Below, one piece after another: positions 1-11,790 of a stretch of 64,000 nucleotides of DNA (the first letter of the stretch is position 1; every line of letters begins with the position of its first letter). Source of the stretch: Squalus acanthias (Eukaryota); assembly GCA_030390025.1 (NCBI GenBank), contig CM059432.1, forward strand, positions 29,824,001 through 29,888,000, in the 5' to 3' direction. Position numbers and translations under genes: made by a program. The notes beneath the pieces were generated by a model, which saw nothing but the letters and a program-made list of their open reading frames with translations, searched no databases and had not been told where the DNA came from.

Positions 1-115
1 AGTGTTATAAGACAAAAAATTGACACCGAGCCACATAAGAAATTAGGGCAGATGACCAATAGCTTGGTGAAAGAGGTAGGTTTTAAGGAGCGTCTTAAAG
101 GAGGAAAGCGAGGTA
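1..115 (-). mobile_element. L2-clade LINE 3' fragment, left part (continues at 3291-3455)
   Basis: Reverse complement matches the L2-type 3' fragments at 10760-11225 and 22425-22800; split by a CR1 insertion. Confidence 0.7.
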
Positions 116-3100
116 CATAGGACTACATAGGATTACATAGGATATACAGCACAGAAACAGGCTATTTGGTCCAACCAGTCCATGCCGGCGTTTATGCTCC
201 ACATGAGCCTCCTCCCGTCTTTCCTCATCTAAATCTATCAGCATAACCCTCTATTCCCTTTTCCCTCATATGCTTGTCTAGCCTCCCCTTAAATGCATCT
301 ATTCAGTTCAACCACTCCCTGTGGTAGCGAGTTCCATATTCTCACCACTCTTTGGGTAAAGAAGTTTCTTCTGAATTCCCTATTGGATTTCTTGGTGACT
401 ATCTTATATTGATGGCCTCTAGTTATGCTCTTCTGCACAAGTGGAAACATTCTCTCTGTATCCACTCTATCAAAATTTTTCATAATTTTAAAGACCTCTA
501 TTAGGTCACCCTTCAGCTTTTTTTTTCCCCAAGAGAAAAGAGACCCAGCCTGTTCATCCTTTCCTGATATGTATACCCTCGCTTTTCTGGTATCATCCTT
601 GTAAATCTTCTCTGTACCCTCTCCAGTGCCTCTATATCCTTTTTCTAATATGGCGACCAGAACTGTACGCAATACTCTTAAGTGCGGACTAACCAAGGTT
701 TGATACAGGTTTAGCATAACTTCCCTACTTTTCAATTCTATACCTCTAGAAATAAATCATAGTGCTTGGTTTGCTTTTTTATGGCATTGCTAACCTGTAT
801 CACAACTTTTAGTGATTTGTGTATTTGTACTCCGAGATCCCTTTGTTCTTCTACTCCACCTAGTGATAAATGACCTCCCTATTCTTCCTATCAAAATGTA
901 ATACCTCACATTTATCTGTGTTGAACTTCATTTGCCAATTATATGCCCATTCTGCAAATTTATTCATGTCCTCCTGTAATTTGTTGCAGTCCTCCTCAGT
1001 ATTGACTATCCCTTCCAATTTGGTGTTGTCTTCAAATTTAAAAATTGTGTTGTTGATTCCAAAGTCTAAATCGTTAATGTAAATTGTGAACAGCAGTGGT
1101 ACCAGCACTGATCCTTGTGGAACACCACGACCCACCTTCTGCCACTGTGAATAGATACCCTTTACTCCTACTCTCTACTTTCTGTCCTGAAGCCAGCCAA
1201 CAATCCATTCTGCGACTTGTGCCCTGACTCTCCATTCTCTGACCTTGTTCATCAGTCTATTATGGGGTACCTTATCGAAGGCCTTTTGAAAATCCAGATA
1301 AATTACATCTACTGCATTACCATTGTCTACTCTCTCTGTTACCTCTTCAAAAAATTCAATAAGGTTGGTCAAGCAAGACTTTCCCTTTTGAAATCCATGC
1401 TGACCATTCATTATTATATTTTTGGTTTCTAGATGTTCTTCTATTTTCTCCTTTAGTAGGGATCCCATTATTTTTCCTAGTACCGATGTTAAGCTGACTG
1501 GTCTATAATTCCCTGCAAATGTTCTATCCCCCTTCTTAAATATCGGTATTACGTTAGCTATCCACCAGTCCGCTGGCACTACACCTTTTTCTGAGTTATT
1601 AAATATGCGTAGTAATGCCTCTGCTATCTCTTCCCTAGACTCTTTTAAAATGCGTGGATGCAATCCATCCGGACCAGGGATTTTATCCTCTTTGAGTTTG
1701 ATTAGTTTATTTAATATATCCCCTTATTTATTTTTAAATGCACTTATCTCATTACTAATCCCATCATCCAATGTCTTATCCACCTGATCTATCTCCCTGG
1801 TAAATACTGAAGCGAAATAATGATTGAATATTTCTGCCATCTCTCTATCGTTACCTGTAGTATTATCCTGTCTATCCCTTAATGGCTCTATTCCCATCCC
1901 AACCTTCCTCTTTTTATTGATGTGCCTGTAAAATATTTTACTATTTTGTTTTCTGTTCCTTGATAATTTAATTTCATAGTTCCTCTTTGCATCCCTAATT
2001 GTTTATTTGACTTCTCTCCTAATCTTTTCATATTCTCCCTTATCATGCACTCCCCTGCTGTCCATGTACTTAATGTATGCCTCTTTCCTTACCCTCAATT
2101 GTTCCCTTGTGGCTTTATTCATCCATGGAGTCTCATTATTGTTTAGTTTGTTCTTTTCTTTTAGCGGAATATATTGTTCCTGCACTCTGTTGAACACCAT
2201 TTTAAATGTTTCCCATTGCTGTTCTACATCATTGTTTGCCAATATTGTTGCCTATTTTATTTTCCCAAGTTCTATTCTCAGCCCCTCAAAATTAGCTTTT
2301 CTCCAATCTATTAACCTGGTTTTCGTCATAATTATGTCCTTCTCAATTACCATCTTAAAGCGTATTATATTATGGTCATTATTGCCTAGATGTTCCCCTA
2401 CTTTTACTTCTCTTATCTGCTCTGGTTCATTCCCCATTACTAGATCAAGTAGCATATCCTCCCTTGCTGGGCTTTTTACATATTGGGTTAGAAAGAAGTC
2501 CTGTACACATTGTAGAAACTCCATTCCCTTATCCCCTTTACCTACCTCTTCTGTCCAATTAATATCGGTGTAGTTGAAATCCCCCATGATTATTATTCTA
2601 TGTTTTTTACTCATTTCCCTAATTTGTCTGCATATTTCTTTCTCCACCTCCCTTCCACTATTAGGTGGTCTGTAGACTATGCCTATTAGTGTGATTGATC
2701 CTTTATTATCTTTTATCTCTATCCATATGGATTCTATTTTTGTCTTGCTGATATCTATGTCACTTTTTTCTACTGCCATTATGTTATTCCTAATAAGTAC
2801 AGCTACTCCACCTCCCCTTTTCCCCTCCCTATCTTTTCTAAATAAGTTATACCCTGCAATGTTTAATTCCCAGTCCTGATTTTTCTGGAGCTATGCCTCA
2901 GTAATCCCTACTATGTCTGCTTCCTCACAATGCATGATTGCCTCCAGCTCCCCTGTTTTATTACGGACACTGTGTGCATTGCTGTACAGACAGTTTAACT
3001 CATTTTTAATAGGATTTCCTCTCACTTTATGTTGAACCATCTTTTTAGACTCCCGTCTATAACTCTATTTATTCCCTTACCACCAATGTCCTCCCTTAGT

Positions 3101-3290
3101 TTATTCTTTCCTATGCTCTCTTTTCCTGTTTTGTTTATATTTAGGCTGGTTACGTTTCTTGTTGATCCCTCCCCCCACCTTACTAGTTTAAAGCCTTTGC
3201 CACGTCCCTATTTACCCTTTCCGCTAGGACACGCGTCCCATCCCAGTTCAGGTGGAACCCATCCCATTGGTACAGCTCCTTCCTGTCCCT
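116..3290 (-). mobile_element. CR1 LINE, 5'-truncated, decayed ORF2 (APE endonuclease + RT)
   Basis: ORF fragments 2252-2779 (YRPP, MGDFN, LDLV, NDH), 1175-1663 (YLDFQKAFDKVPH), 860-1135 (GVPQGSVL), 289-735 (C-terminus); short CCTATGTA-type repeat tail at 116-141; 6-bp TSD GAGGTA at 110-115 and 3291-3296. Confidence 0.95.
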
Positions 3291-3455
3291 GAGGTAGAGA
3301 GGCGGCGAGATTTAGGAAGGGAGTTCCAGAGCTTAGGGCCTAGGCAGCTGAAAGCACGGCCACCGATGGTTGACCGATTATAATCAGGGATGCTCAAGAG
3401 GGCAGAATTTGAGGAGCACAGACATCTCGGGGGGTTGTGGAGCTGAAGGAGATTA
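3291..3455 (-). mobile_element. L2-clade LINE 3' fragment, right part
   Basis: Continues the 1-115 fragment across the GAGGTA duplication. Confidence 0.7.
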
Positions 3456-3547
3456 CATAAATGATGAGTTGATCTGTTTTGGCAGTGTTGCTTGAGGGAA
3501 GAATGTTGACCAGAACTGCCCGCTCTTTGAATAGTGCCATGGGATGT

Positions 3548-3780
3548 TTCAGCCTTGGCTCAATGGTAGCACTCTTGCTTCTGAGTCAGAAGGTTGTGGG
3601 TTCAAGCCCTACTTCATGAGACTTGAGCACATAATCTAGGCTGACACTTCAGTGCAGTACTGAGGGAGTGCTATACTGTCGGAGGTGCCGTCTTTTGAAT
3701 GAGACGTTAAACAGAGGCCCCATCTACCCTCTCAGGTGGATGTAAAAGATCCCATTGCACGATTCGAAGAGGAGCAGGGG
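3548..3780 (+). mobile_element. tRNA-derived Deu-domain SINE (SacSINE1/AmnSINE1-like), 5' half
   Basis: A box TGGCTCAATGG, B box GGTTCAAGCCC; central GTGCCGTC...ATGAGACGTTAAA...AAAGATCCCA resembles the Deu domain; resumes at 8626. Confidence 0.8.
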
Positions 3781-5160
3781 CATAAGAACATAAGAAATAG
3801 GAGCAGGAGTAGGCCATTCAGCCCCTCGAGCCTGCCCCGCCATTCAATTAGATCTGATCTTGGCCTCAACGCCACTTTCTTGCCCGCTCCCCATAACCCT
3901 GGACTTCCCTGTAGCTCAAATATATGTCTCCGCCTTAAATATATTCAATGACTCAGCCTTGACAGCTCTCTGGGGTAGAGAATTCCAAAGATTCACGACC
4001 CTCTGAGAGAAGAAATTCCTCCTTATCTCCGTCTTAAATGGGCGACCCCTTATCCTGAAACTATGCCCCTTAGTTCTAGATTCCCCCACGAGGGGAAACA
4101 TCCTCTCAGCATCTACTCTGTCAAGCCCCCTCAGAATCTTATATGTTTCAATAAGATCACCTCTCATTCTTCTAAACTCCAATGAGTATAGGCCCAACCT
4201 GCTCAACCTTTCTTCATAAGACAACCTCTTCATCTCAGGAATCAACCTAGTGAACCTTCTCTGAACTGCCTGCAATGCAAGTATATCCCTCCTTAAATAA
4301 GGAGACCAAAACTGTACGCAGTACTCCAGGTGTGGTCTCACCAACGCCCTGTAAAGTTGTAGCAAGACTTCCCTACTTTTATACTCCATTCCCCTTGCAA
4401 TAAAGGCCAACATTCCATTTGCCTTCCTAATTACTTGCTGTACCTGCATGCTAACTTTTTGTGTTTCATGTACAAGGACCCCCAGATCCCTCTGTACCGC
4501 AGCATTATGTAGTCTCCATTTAAATAATAATTTGCTTTTTTATTTCTCCTACCAAAGTGGATAACCTCACATTTTCCCACATTATACTCCATCTGCCAAA
4601 TTTTTGCCCACTCACTTACCCTATCCCTTTGCAGACTCCTAGGGCTCGATTTTTCCATGCCCAAGGAGGCAGGATTGGAGGCGTGTGAGGTGTTAAAATC
4701 GCAAAAAATGGAGGGCGGCTCTGATCCCGCCTCCGAGCAATTTTCCCAGAATCGGGGTTTCAGACCCCGTTTCCATCCCGCCTCCAAGAGGCGGGATAGG
4801 CCCTTAAGGCCCTTAACAACCAGTTAATTGCCTCTATAATCCCATTTTGAGAGGCCTTTCTGATTTTAACACATTTCCCCCATCCTGCACGTCTCCTCTG
4901 GAACACAGCAGTTAATCCTGGCGGCCTCACAAGTGGATTGCTTACTAACAGCTGCTGCTCCACCATTAAAAAGGAGTTTTCACCAATGATCATTTGCAGG
5001 TGGCAGAACTTTGTTGTCTCAGGTCTGGGGGAACTCTTAGCAGGCATACTCATTGTTGTGGAAGTTTGGAGTCTGACACCCATCTCCAGTGTGACCTCCT
5101 GAGAAACCCCTGTCCCCACCTTGACTGAGCGCTTCCTCAACTGAGGCATATACCAGAAGC

Positions 5161-5349
5161 ATGGGAACCATTTATTTCCTTTCCTCCTGGACATCAGATT
5201 CAGATGAAGACCAGCTGTGGCAGCAGCAGAACCATGAACAACAGCAGCAGCAACAACAGGAGCGCCAAGCTGCTGCTCACCCACATGAAGCTGCACAGGC
5301 CAGAAGGCGCCAGCGCGTGACCACACTCATGTTTGCCAGATTTGCTTAG
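5161..5349 (+). pseudogene. Q-rich mini-ORF, probable internally deleted Harbinger transposase remnant
   Basis: MGTIYFLSSWTSDSDED...Q-rich...ARRRQRVTTLMFARFA*; similar ORFs at 15445 and 23603; convergent with the Myb gene, where the transposase would lie. Confidence 0.5.
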
Positions 5350-5942
5350 CCTGCACAATCAAACACTTTTGCCTCGCACCTTCTTACCAGAGCATCGACA
5401 ATGGATAAGAACCTGCGGATTCCTATCACTCTGACCACCATACTGACAATTGTAACTCGCCCTAAGCCCTCAATGTGGAAGTCCCATTTGCGAGATGACA
5501 CAGACCACAACTTCAACAATTTGCCATCAAATCTGTTTATCATCACATTACAAGGATGGCTTGTCAAAAAACAATACAACAGAACACCCAAGTGACTACT
5601 TGTGCTTTATCTTCCTCTTATGAGTGCTCCTACGTGGTGCTTCCCCTGTGGCTTCAGCAGATGTGGAGGCCCCTTGCTCACTTTCTTGCTGCTCCTGTCT
5701 CGACACCTTTGGTGGGCGTCCTCTGCGGTTGCGAGCCTGTAAGGGCTCGGCAACAGTCTGCTGCTCCTGCGGCTGTGCAGGGGCTGAGATGCCCTTGTTG
5801 TCTGCCATCAACATCCCTCTCATGGGTCAGCCCCACTTCAGAGCTAGCAAGTGGCTTGACAGCACCTTGCTGCACTTCAGGGGGGGCCATGAGGACCCAT
5901 TTCTGCACTGGAAGTCCTACTCCAGAGGACTTCCATGAAGGT

Positions 5943-7440
5943 CTAGTTTCTATGCTCAATAGCTGACCATCGCTCCTCAAGAGATGTCAGTCTATTCTGA
6001 ACAATTATCATGTTTTCAACACTCTGGCGACTTAGCTCCTCCATGGCCATAGCCATCCTCTCCTCTACTGTAGCCATCCTTTCCATGGAGGTTGCCATCC
6101 ATTCCGTGGTGATGCGTTCATGCGCCAATGCCTCCACAAAGGCTCTGCTCATGTTCACGATGGACTCCTCCATTTGCTCCACACTCGCAGCGACCCTGGA
6201 GACAAAACCTGCCAGAGACTCCTGCAACTGTTCCTGGAGTTCCAGCACCGCTCTCCTTCTGGATGGATCCGAAGGCACAGGGTCGACATGCAGCTGAGCC
6301 GAGCTGGGAGAGTCCTGCGGCCTCCGACGAGGACTCTCCACTGCTGTCCCTGTCTCCACCATCTGCTGATACTCACTTGTGAGCTGTGCTACACCAGGTG
6401 ACAACACTACTCTATCTCGCAAAGTTCCCACCGAGGTGTGAGTGTCTGTGCTGGTGCTGGGTGCGCTGAATTCTGCTGACGCTGCGTCCTCAGAGGTTGC
6501 AGCTTCCTCTGAGGAGTCTTGAGGCTCAGGCTGTTCCTCCTGGACAGTGGGGACGGGGCTGTCGATGGTCCTGTGGGGGAGTAAAGGAAAGAGTTAGTGA
6601 TGTGAGGTAAAGGTTGCATGCACATTGAATTGTGCAGATGATCATAAGTCAATCTGTTAGAGCATCAGAATCATTATCAGTCACTCATGCAATGTCAATG
6701 AGAGAGATGCCAAACTATTCTGTCACCAGCTTGCTGTGATGCGCCTGTCTGTCCGTTCCCCCACTTGCGAATCTTCCTCGACACCGGCGATTTCCAGGGC
6801 CGCCTCCTCCGAGGTGGTGAGCTGGGCTACTGAGGGTGGCCCTCCTCCTGTCCTCGCTCTTTCCCTCTTATTGTGGGCTCTCTTTTCCTGCAATGAGGGA
6901 CACAAGTGGAGTTTGAGTGAGAATGAAGGAGTGAGTGTAGAGAACCCATAGCATAGATGCTTAGAAGGAGACAAAGGGCCCTCCCTGTGTGTTGTAAGTT
7001 GTTGTCATTGCATCACAGTGATAGGGAGTATGAGGGCTGCATGGTCGAATAGTTAAGTGAATGTGACCATAGAGAGAGAGGGAATGGGTAAGGGTACAGG
7101 GATGTAAGTGTCAAGTGGGATGTGAAGGAAGAGGTTGGCAAAGCAGAGTGCTGGTGAGGATAGGCGATGGGGATCAGATTGAGGGTGATTGGAAAGTCAT
7201 ACTCACTTTTCCTGTGCGGAGAAGGTCACAAAACCTGCACTGCAGCCAGGTTCTGCGGCACATAGAGATTGAGTTGACCTCCTGGGCCACTTGCATCCAC
7301 ACAGCTTTAGTCTGCTGGGGTGGCTTTATCCTCCCTGAGGAAGGGAAGAGCACCTCCTTATTTTATCTTGCTCCCTCCACCAGAGCTTGGAGGGAGGCCT
7401 CATCGAACCTTGGAGCACACTTTGGCCTACTGCTGGACAT
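5943..7440 (-). pseudogene. Harbinger Myb/SANT-like (NAIF1/MSANTD-type) DNA-binding gene, 3 exons: 7440-7207, 6887-6727, 6570-5943
   Basis: Exon 1 MSSSRPKCAPRFDEASLQALVEG..W..VA..VN..RTWLQCR, donor GTGAGT; exon 2 EKRAHNKRERARTGGGPP; phases join in frame into ORF 5943-6431; one premature TAA at 7365-7363. Confidence 0.85.
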
Positions 7441-8625
7441 AGTTGCTGAATGAAGCGATCACAACAATGGGCATAAAGTTTAAAGTCGCCAGGCTGCAGG
7501 CCTTAAATCCAGCAGCATTGATGACATCATCGGAGGCGACTTTCTGTATGAAGACTCATTGGGCCAGGGGTTTCCACACACTGGAAAGCAAGTGCCCAAT
7601 TAGGGCTAAATCACACTTTTTCCCCACTTCACATTGGAGTCGGGGTCCTGACACGAAAACCACCTGACACGCCCCAGCCCGTCCCCAATGGCAAAATCAA
7701 GCCCTTTGTGTCCTCCTCACAACTTGCTTTCCCACCTATCTTTGTATCATCAACAAATTTGGCTACAGTACACACGGTCCCTTCATCCAAGTCATTAATA
7801 TAGATTGTAAATAGTTGAGGCCCCAGCACTGATCCCTGTGGCACCCCACTAGTTACAGTTTGCCTACCTGAAAATGACCCATTTATCCCAACTCTTTGTT
7901 TTCTGTTAGTTAGCCAATCCTCTATCCATGCTAATATATTACCCCCAACCCTGTGAGCTCTTATCTTGTGCAGTAACCTTTTATGTGGCACCTTATCGAA
8001 TGCCTTCTGGAAATCCAAATACACTACATCTACTGCTTCCCCTTTATCCACCCTGCTTGTTACATCCTCAAAGAACTCTAGTAAATTTGTCAAACATGAT
8101 TTCCCTTTCATAAAACCATGTTGACTCTGCTTGATTGTATTATGATTTTCTAAATGTCCTGCTATTACTTCCTTAATAATGGATTCCAGCATTTTCCCAA
8201 TGACAGATGTTAGGCTAACTGGCCTATATTTCCCTGCTTTCTGCCTCCCTCCTTTCTTGAATAGGGGCGTTACATTTGCGGTTTTCCAATCCGCTGGGAC
8301 CTCTCCAGAATCCAGAGAATTTTGGTAGATTACAAACAATGCATCCACTATCTCTGCAGCCACTTCTTTTAAGACCTTAGGATGCACGCCATCAGGTTCA
8401 GGGGACTTGTCAGCCTTTAGTCCCATTAGTTTGCCTAGTACTTTTTCTCTAGTGATAGTCATTGGTTTAAGTGTTCCTCCCTCCCTATAGCCCCTTGATT
8501 ATCAATTATTATGGGATGCTTTTAGTATCTTCCGTGAAGACCGATACAAAATATTTGTTCAAAGTCTCTGCCATTTCCCTGTTTCCCATTATTAATTCCC
8601 CAGTCTCATCCTCTAAGGGACCAGC

Positions 8626-8841
8626 GTTCTCCTTAGTGCCCTGGCCCACATTTATCCCTCAACCAACATCACTGAAACAGATACTCTGGTCATTAATTTA
8701 ATTGTTGTTTGTGGGACCTTGCTGTGTGCAAATTGGCTGCTTTGTTTCCAATATTACAGTGACTACACTTCAAAAGTACTTAATTGGCTCTAAAGCACTC
8801 TGGGACATCCTGAGGTTGTGAAAGGAGCTATATAGATGGAA
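8626..8841 (+). mobile_element. Deu-domain SINE 3' half with L2-like tail
   Basis: Continuation of 3548-3780; same tail as the intact minus copy at 62078-62535. Confidence 0.8.
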
Positions 8842-8904
8842 ATAACAACAGAAAACGCTGGAAAAACTTAGCAGGCCAGGCAGCATCTGTGGAGAGAGAA
8901 ACAG

Positions 8905-8941
8905 CGTTAACGTTTCAGGTCGAAGACCTTTCGTCAGAACT
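8905..8941 (-). ncRNA. Minimal type I hammerhead ribozyme motif in Penelope pLTR
   Basis: Reverse complement of the 9620-9656 motif with one stem I mismatch. Confidence 0.7.
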
Positions 8942-9265
8942 GGAAAAAAGCAGGAAATGGAATAGATTTTAAAGCAAGTTTAGGGCTGGGAAAAGGGGGA
9001 GGGGATGAAAGAACAAAAGGGAAGGTCAGTGATAGGATAGAAAGCAGGAGAGATTAAGAGACATTGAGAGACATTAAGTGATATTCAAGGCAAGAGGAGG
9101 TGGAAATGGGACAGGTTGAGGAACAAAGGATGGCTCTAGATGAAGTGTGAATTGCGCTGGCAGAATGAAGGACAGCTGCCATGTGGGAGGGAAGAAAAAA
9201 AGGCCAAACAAAAGTGTGGATAAAATTTTAAAAAAAAATATATATATATGTGATAGGGGCCGGGG

Positions 9266-9595
9266 TTATGATCTGAAATTGTTGAACTCTATGTTGAGTC
9301 CAGAGGGCTGTAGAGTTCCTAATCGAAAGATGAGGTGCTGTTCCTCGAGCTTACGCTGAGCTTCCGTGGAACAATGCAAGAGGCCGAGGACGGTGAGGTC
9401 TGAGTGGGAATGGAGCGGTGAATTAAAGTGACAGGCCACCGGGAGCTCGGGGTCCCCCTTACGGACTGAACGGAGGTGTGCCGCAAAGCGATCACCCAAT
9501 CTGCGTTTGGTCTCCCCAATGTAGAGGAGACCACATCGTGAGCAGCGAATACAGTATACTAAATTGCAGGAAGTACAAGTAAATCGCTGTTTCAC
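9266..9595 (-). pseudogene. Penelope GIY-YIG endonuclease domain fragment
   Basis: NLVYCIRCSRCGLLYIGETKRRLGDRF..H...VACHF...E...I...GLN motif pattern. Confidence 0.9.
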
Positions 9596-9619
9596 CTGGA
9601 AGGGTTCCTGCTTTTTTCC

Positions 9620-9656
9620 AGTTCTGACGAAAGGTCTTCGACCTGAAACGTTAACT
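9620..9656 (+). ncRNA. Minimal type I hammerhead ribozyme motif in Penelope pLTR
   Basis: Stem I AGTT/AACT; core CTGACGA(A); stem II AGGTC-TTC-GACCT; GAAA; palindromic stem III ACGT; GUU cleavage triplet. Confidence 0.8.
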
Positions 9657-10329
9657 CTGTTTCTCTCTCCACAGATGCTGCCTGGCCTGCTGAGTTTTTC
9701 CAGCGTTTTCTGTTGTTATTTCGGATTTCCAGCATCCGCAGTATTTTGCTATCGTATATAGATGGAAGTCTTTCTGCCCTTCTTTCTCTCTTTCTTTCTA
9801 ATGTCCAATGGAATGGGAACCTGAGCTTTTTTTTTTAACCTGCTGCCTAGCTCAGATCCATTGCTGTCAATTGTAGCACTCCAACTCCTGATGAGGTCAA
9901 TTGAACAGAAGATCAAGCTTGAGACCTTAGAGTCTGTTTGCCCAGTACCACACCGGCAGTGCCTTTACCCACCGAGCCCATAGAGAACAAATTTCTAATC
10001 TTTAATATAATTCAACTTAATTGAAGCCAGCTTTAGTTTTAAAACGAGGGAACCATCACAAAACCAAACTGCAGTGCCTTATTCAAATTATCAGTTGCAC
10101 TAAAATCATATTAAGTATGAACAGAAGGTAAATTGCTGTATTGATATCTCCTCCTTCCTTGCCTCTCATTATAATTTATATTATTTCCAAAAACCTACAG
10201 GTGCAGAAAAAACATCTGAACAGTGAGGGAGTGGATTGCAATGACAGGCTTTCCTCTCCAAGCAATCGATCCACCAACAGCTCACTGTGGAACTCAGGCT
10301 GATAACTGACAAGCAGCCAGTCGACCATC

Positions 10330-11660
10330 CATTATTCCCTTTCATTCATTTATTTGGATTTCTTTCTGTCTTTTCTTGTTTCCTATCATTTTTTCTCCTT
10401 CTTACTTTCTTTTTATATCAGTTTTATTCTGTTAGTCTTATTCTATCTTCTTTTTCTTGACCTTTCAATTTCTGTCTTTTTTTGTCTATTTTTCATTTTT
10501 ATCCTTTTTGTTTATTGTTTCACTTTCTTCTCTCTCTAAGTCCTTTAGAGCTCCCTCTCTTTCATTGAGGAATCTGTGTTGTTGCCTTCAACCTCTCTCT
10601 CTCTCTCTCTCTGTCTGTCTTCTCTTTCTCTCAGAAGGGTTTCTGCTGTTGCCTTCCACTCTGTCATCCCTCTCTTGCAGAGGATTGTGTTGTTACCTCT
10701 GTTCCTGCGGCCCTCCCTCTGTTCTTTACTCTCCCTTTCTCTTCTCTAGGGGTCTGAAAAAACTCTGCTGCCCATATCCTAACTCACACTAAGTCCCCTT
10801 CACCCATCACCCCTGTGCTAGCTGACCTACATAGGCTCCTGGTCCAGCAACGCAATTTTAAAATTCTCATTCTTTTTTTCAAATCCCTCCATGGCCTTGT
10901 CCCTCCCTATCTCTGTAACCTCCTCCAACCGTCCAAGAACTCTGCGTTCCTCCAATTCTGGCCTCTTGTGCATCCCAATTTTAATCGCCTGTGCCTTCAG
11001 CTGCCTAGGCCCTAAGCTCTGGAATTCCCTCCCTAAATCTCTCCAGCTCGCTACCTCTTTGTCCTCCCTTAAGACGCTCCTTAAAACCTACCTCTTTGAT
11101 CAAGCTTTTGGTCACCTGTCCTAATAACTCCTTCTGTGGCTCAGTGTCAAATTTTGTCTGATTAGGTTGCTGTGAAGCGCCTTTTATTACTGCAAAGGCG
11201 CTATATAAATGCAAGTTGTTGTTGCCTGTGTTATTCTCTCTCTGTTTCCAATTTTCATTCACAGTCTCTCAGGGAAGTTGCCATTGATTCTGTCTCTCTC
11301 TTTATACCTTTGTGTCACAGGGATCTGAATTGTTGCCTCTCTCTGTCTTTCCACCTGACTATCTTCTCTTCACACATATACATTCACTTTCTCTTTCTCT
11401 GGCTGTATCTTAGACATTCCTTGAACTTTCTCTGTCCATCTTTCTCTTTCTTTCTGTGCCTCTCTCTTTCTCTCCACTCCTGCTTTTCCAATTGCCCATC
11501 TGACTTTCTTTATCTCTGTCTTACTGTCTCGCGTTTTTTCCATTCTACTTTCTCTCGCTGTCCCTCTCATTCTTGATACATCTGACTTTCTGTACCTCTT
11601 CTCCTGTCTTGACTTTCTTTCTCAGTCCCTCTATTTTCTCTTTCTGGCTCTCTCTGACTT

Positions 11661-11696
<36 letters not shown>

Positions 11697-11790
11697 CCTC
11701 TGACTTCTTCTGTTGGTCACTCCATTTTCTGTCTCCTTGTCTCTCTCACACACTCACACGTTCTTGCTCTCCCTCCCTCTGGGAGTACTT
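10330..11790. repeat. Pyrimidine-rich low-complexity/(CT)n tracts flanking an L2 fragment
   Basis: Strong C/T skew at 10330-10750 and 11230-11790 with (CT)n runs near 10593-10612 and 11666-11693. Confidence 0.8.
10760..11225 (+). mobile_element. L2-clade LINE 3' end
   Basis: Translates to LHRLLV..R.FKIL..F KSLHGL.P.YL and P.LWNSLP..L..LKTYLF; tail GCGCTATATAAATGCAAGTTGTTG. Confidence 0.85.

Larger units (their letters stand above)
4641..7705. mobile_element. PIF/Harbinger DNA transposon, non-autonomous (transposase deleted)
   Basis: 18-bp TIRs AGGGCTCGATTTTTCCAT (4641-4658) and ATGGCAAAATCAAGCCCT (7688-7705), 2 mismatches; carries a minus-strand Myb/SANT gene and a plus-strand mini-ORF. Confidence 0.85.
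3781..8628 (-). mobile_element. CR1 LINE, 5'-truncated RT region, interrupted by a Harbinger element (4641-7705)
   Basis: RT ORF 7629-8462 and C-terminal ORF 3916-4449; (TCTTATGT)n-type tail at 3781; sequence rejoins across 4640/7706. Confidence 0.95.
8842..9754 (-). mobile_element. Penelope-like retroelement, 5'-truncated, with inverted pseudo-LTR
   Basis: GIY-YIG C-terminal ORF 9266-9595; ~120-bp inverted repeat (about 8839-8956 vs 9605-9722); 13-bp TSD TATATAGATGGAA at 8829-8841 and 9755-9767. Confidence 0.92.

Noticed and set aside
3551..3620. tRNA gene
   Set aside because: A/B boxes belong to a SINE head that runs on into the Deu domain; the same applies at 29555, 33032 and 62535.
9888..9910. 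CTGATGA as another hammerhead core (also 35748, 51657)
   Set aside because: No stem II followed by GAAA.
10201..10302. Plus-strand terminal exon candidate (VQKKHLNSEG...SG*)
   Set aside because: Weak polypyrimidine tract and no recognisable protein.
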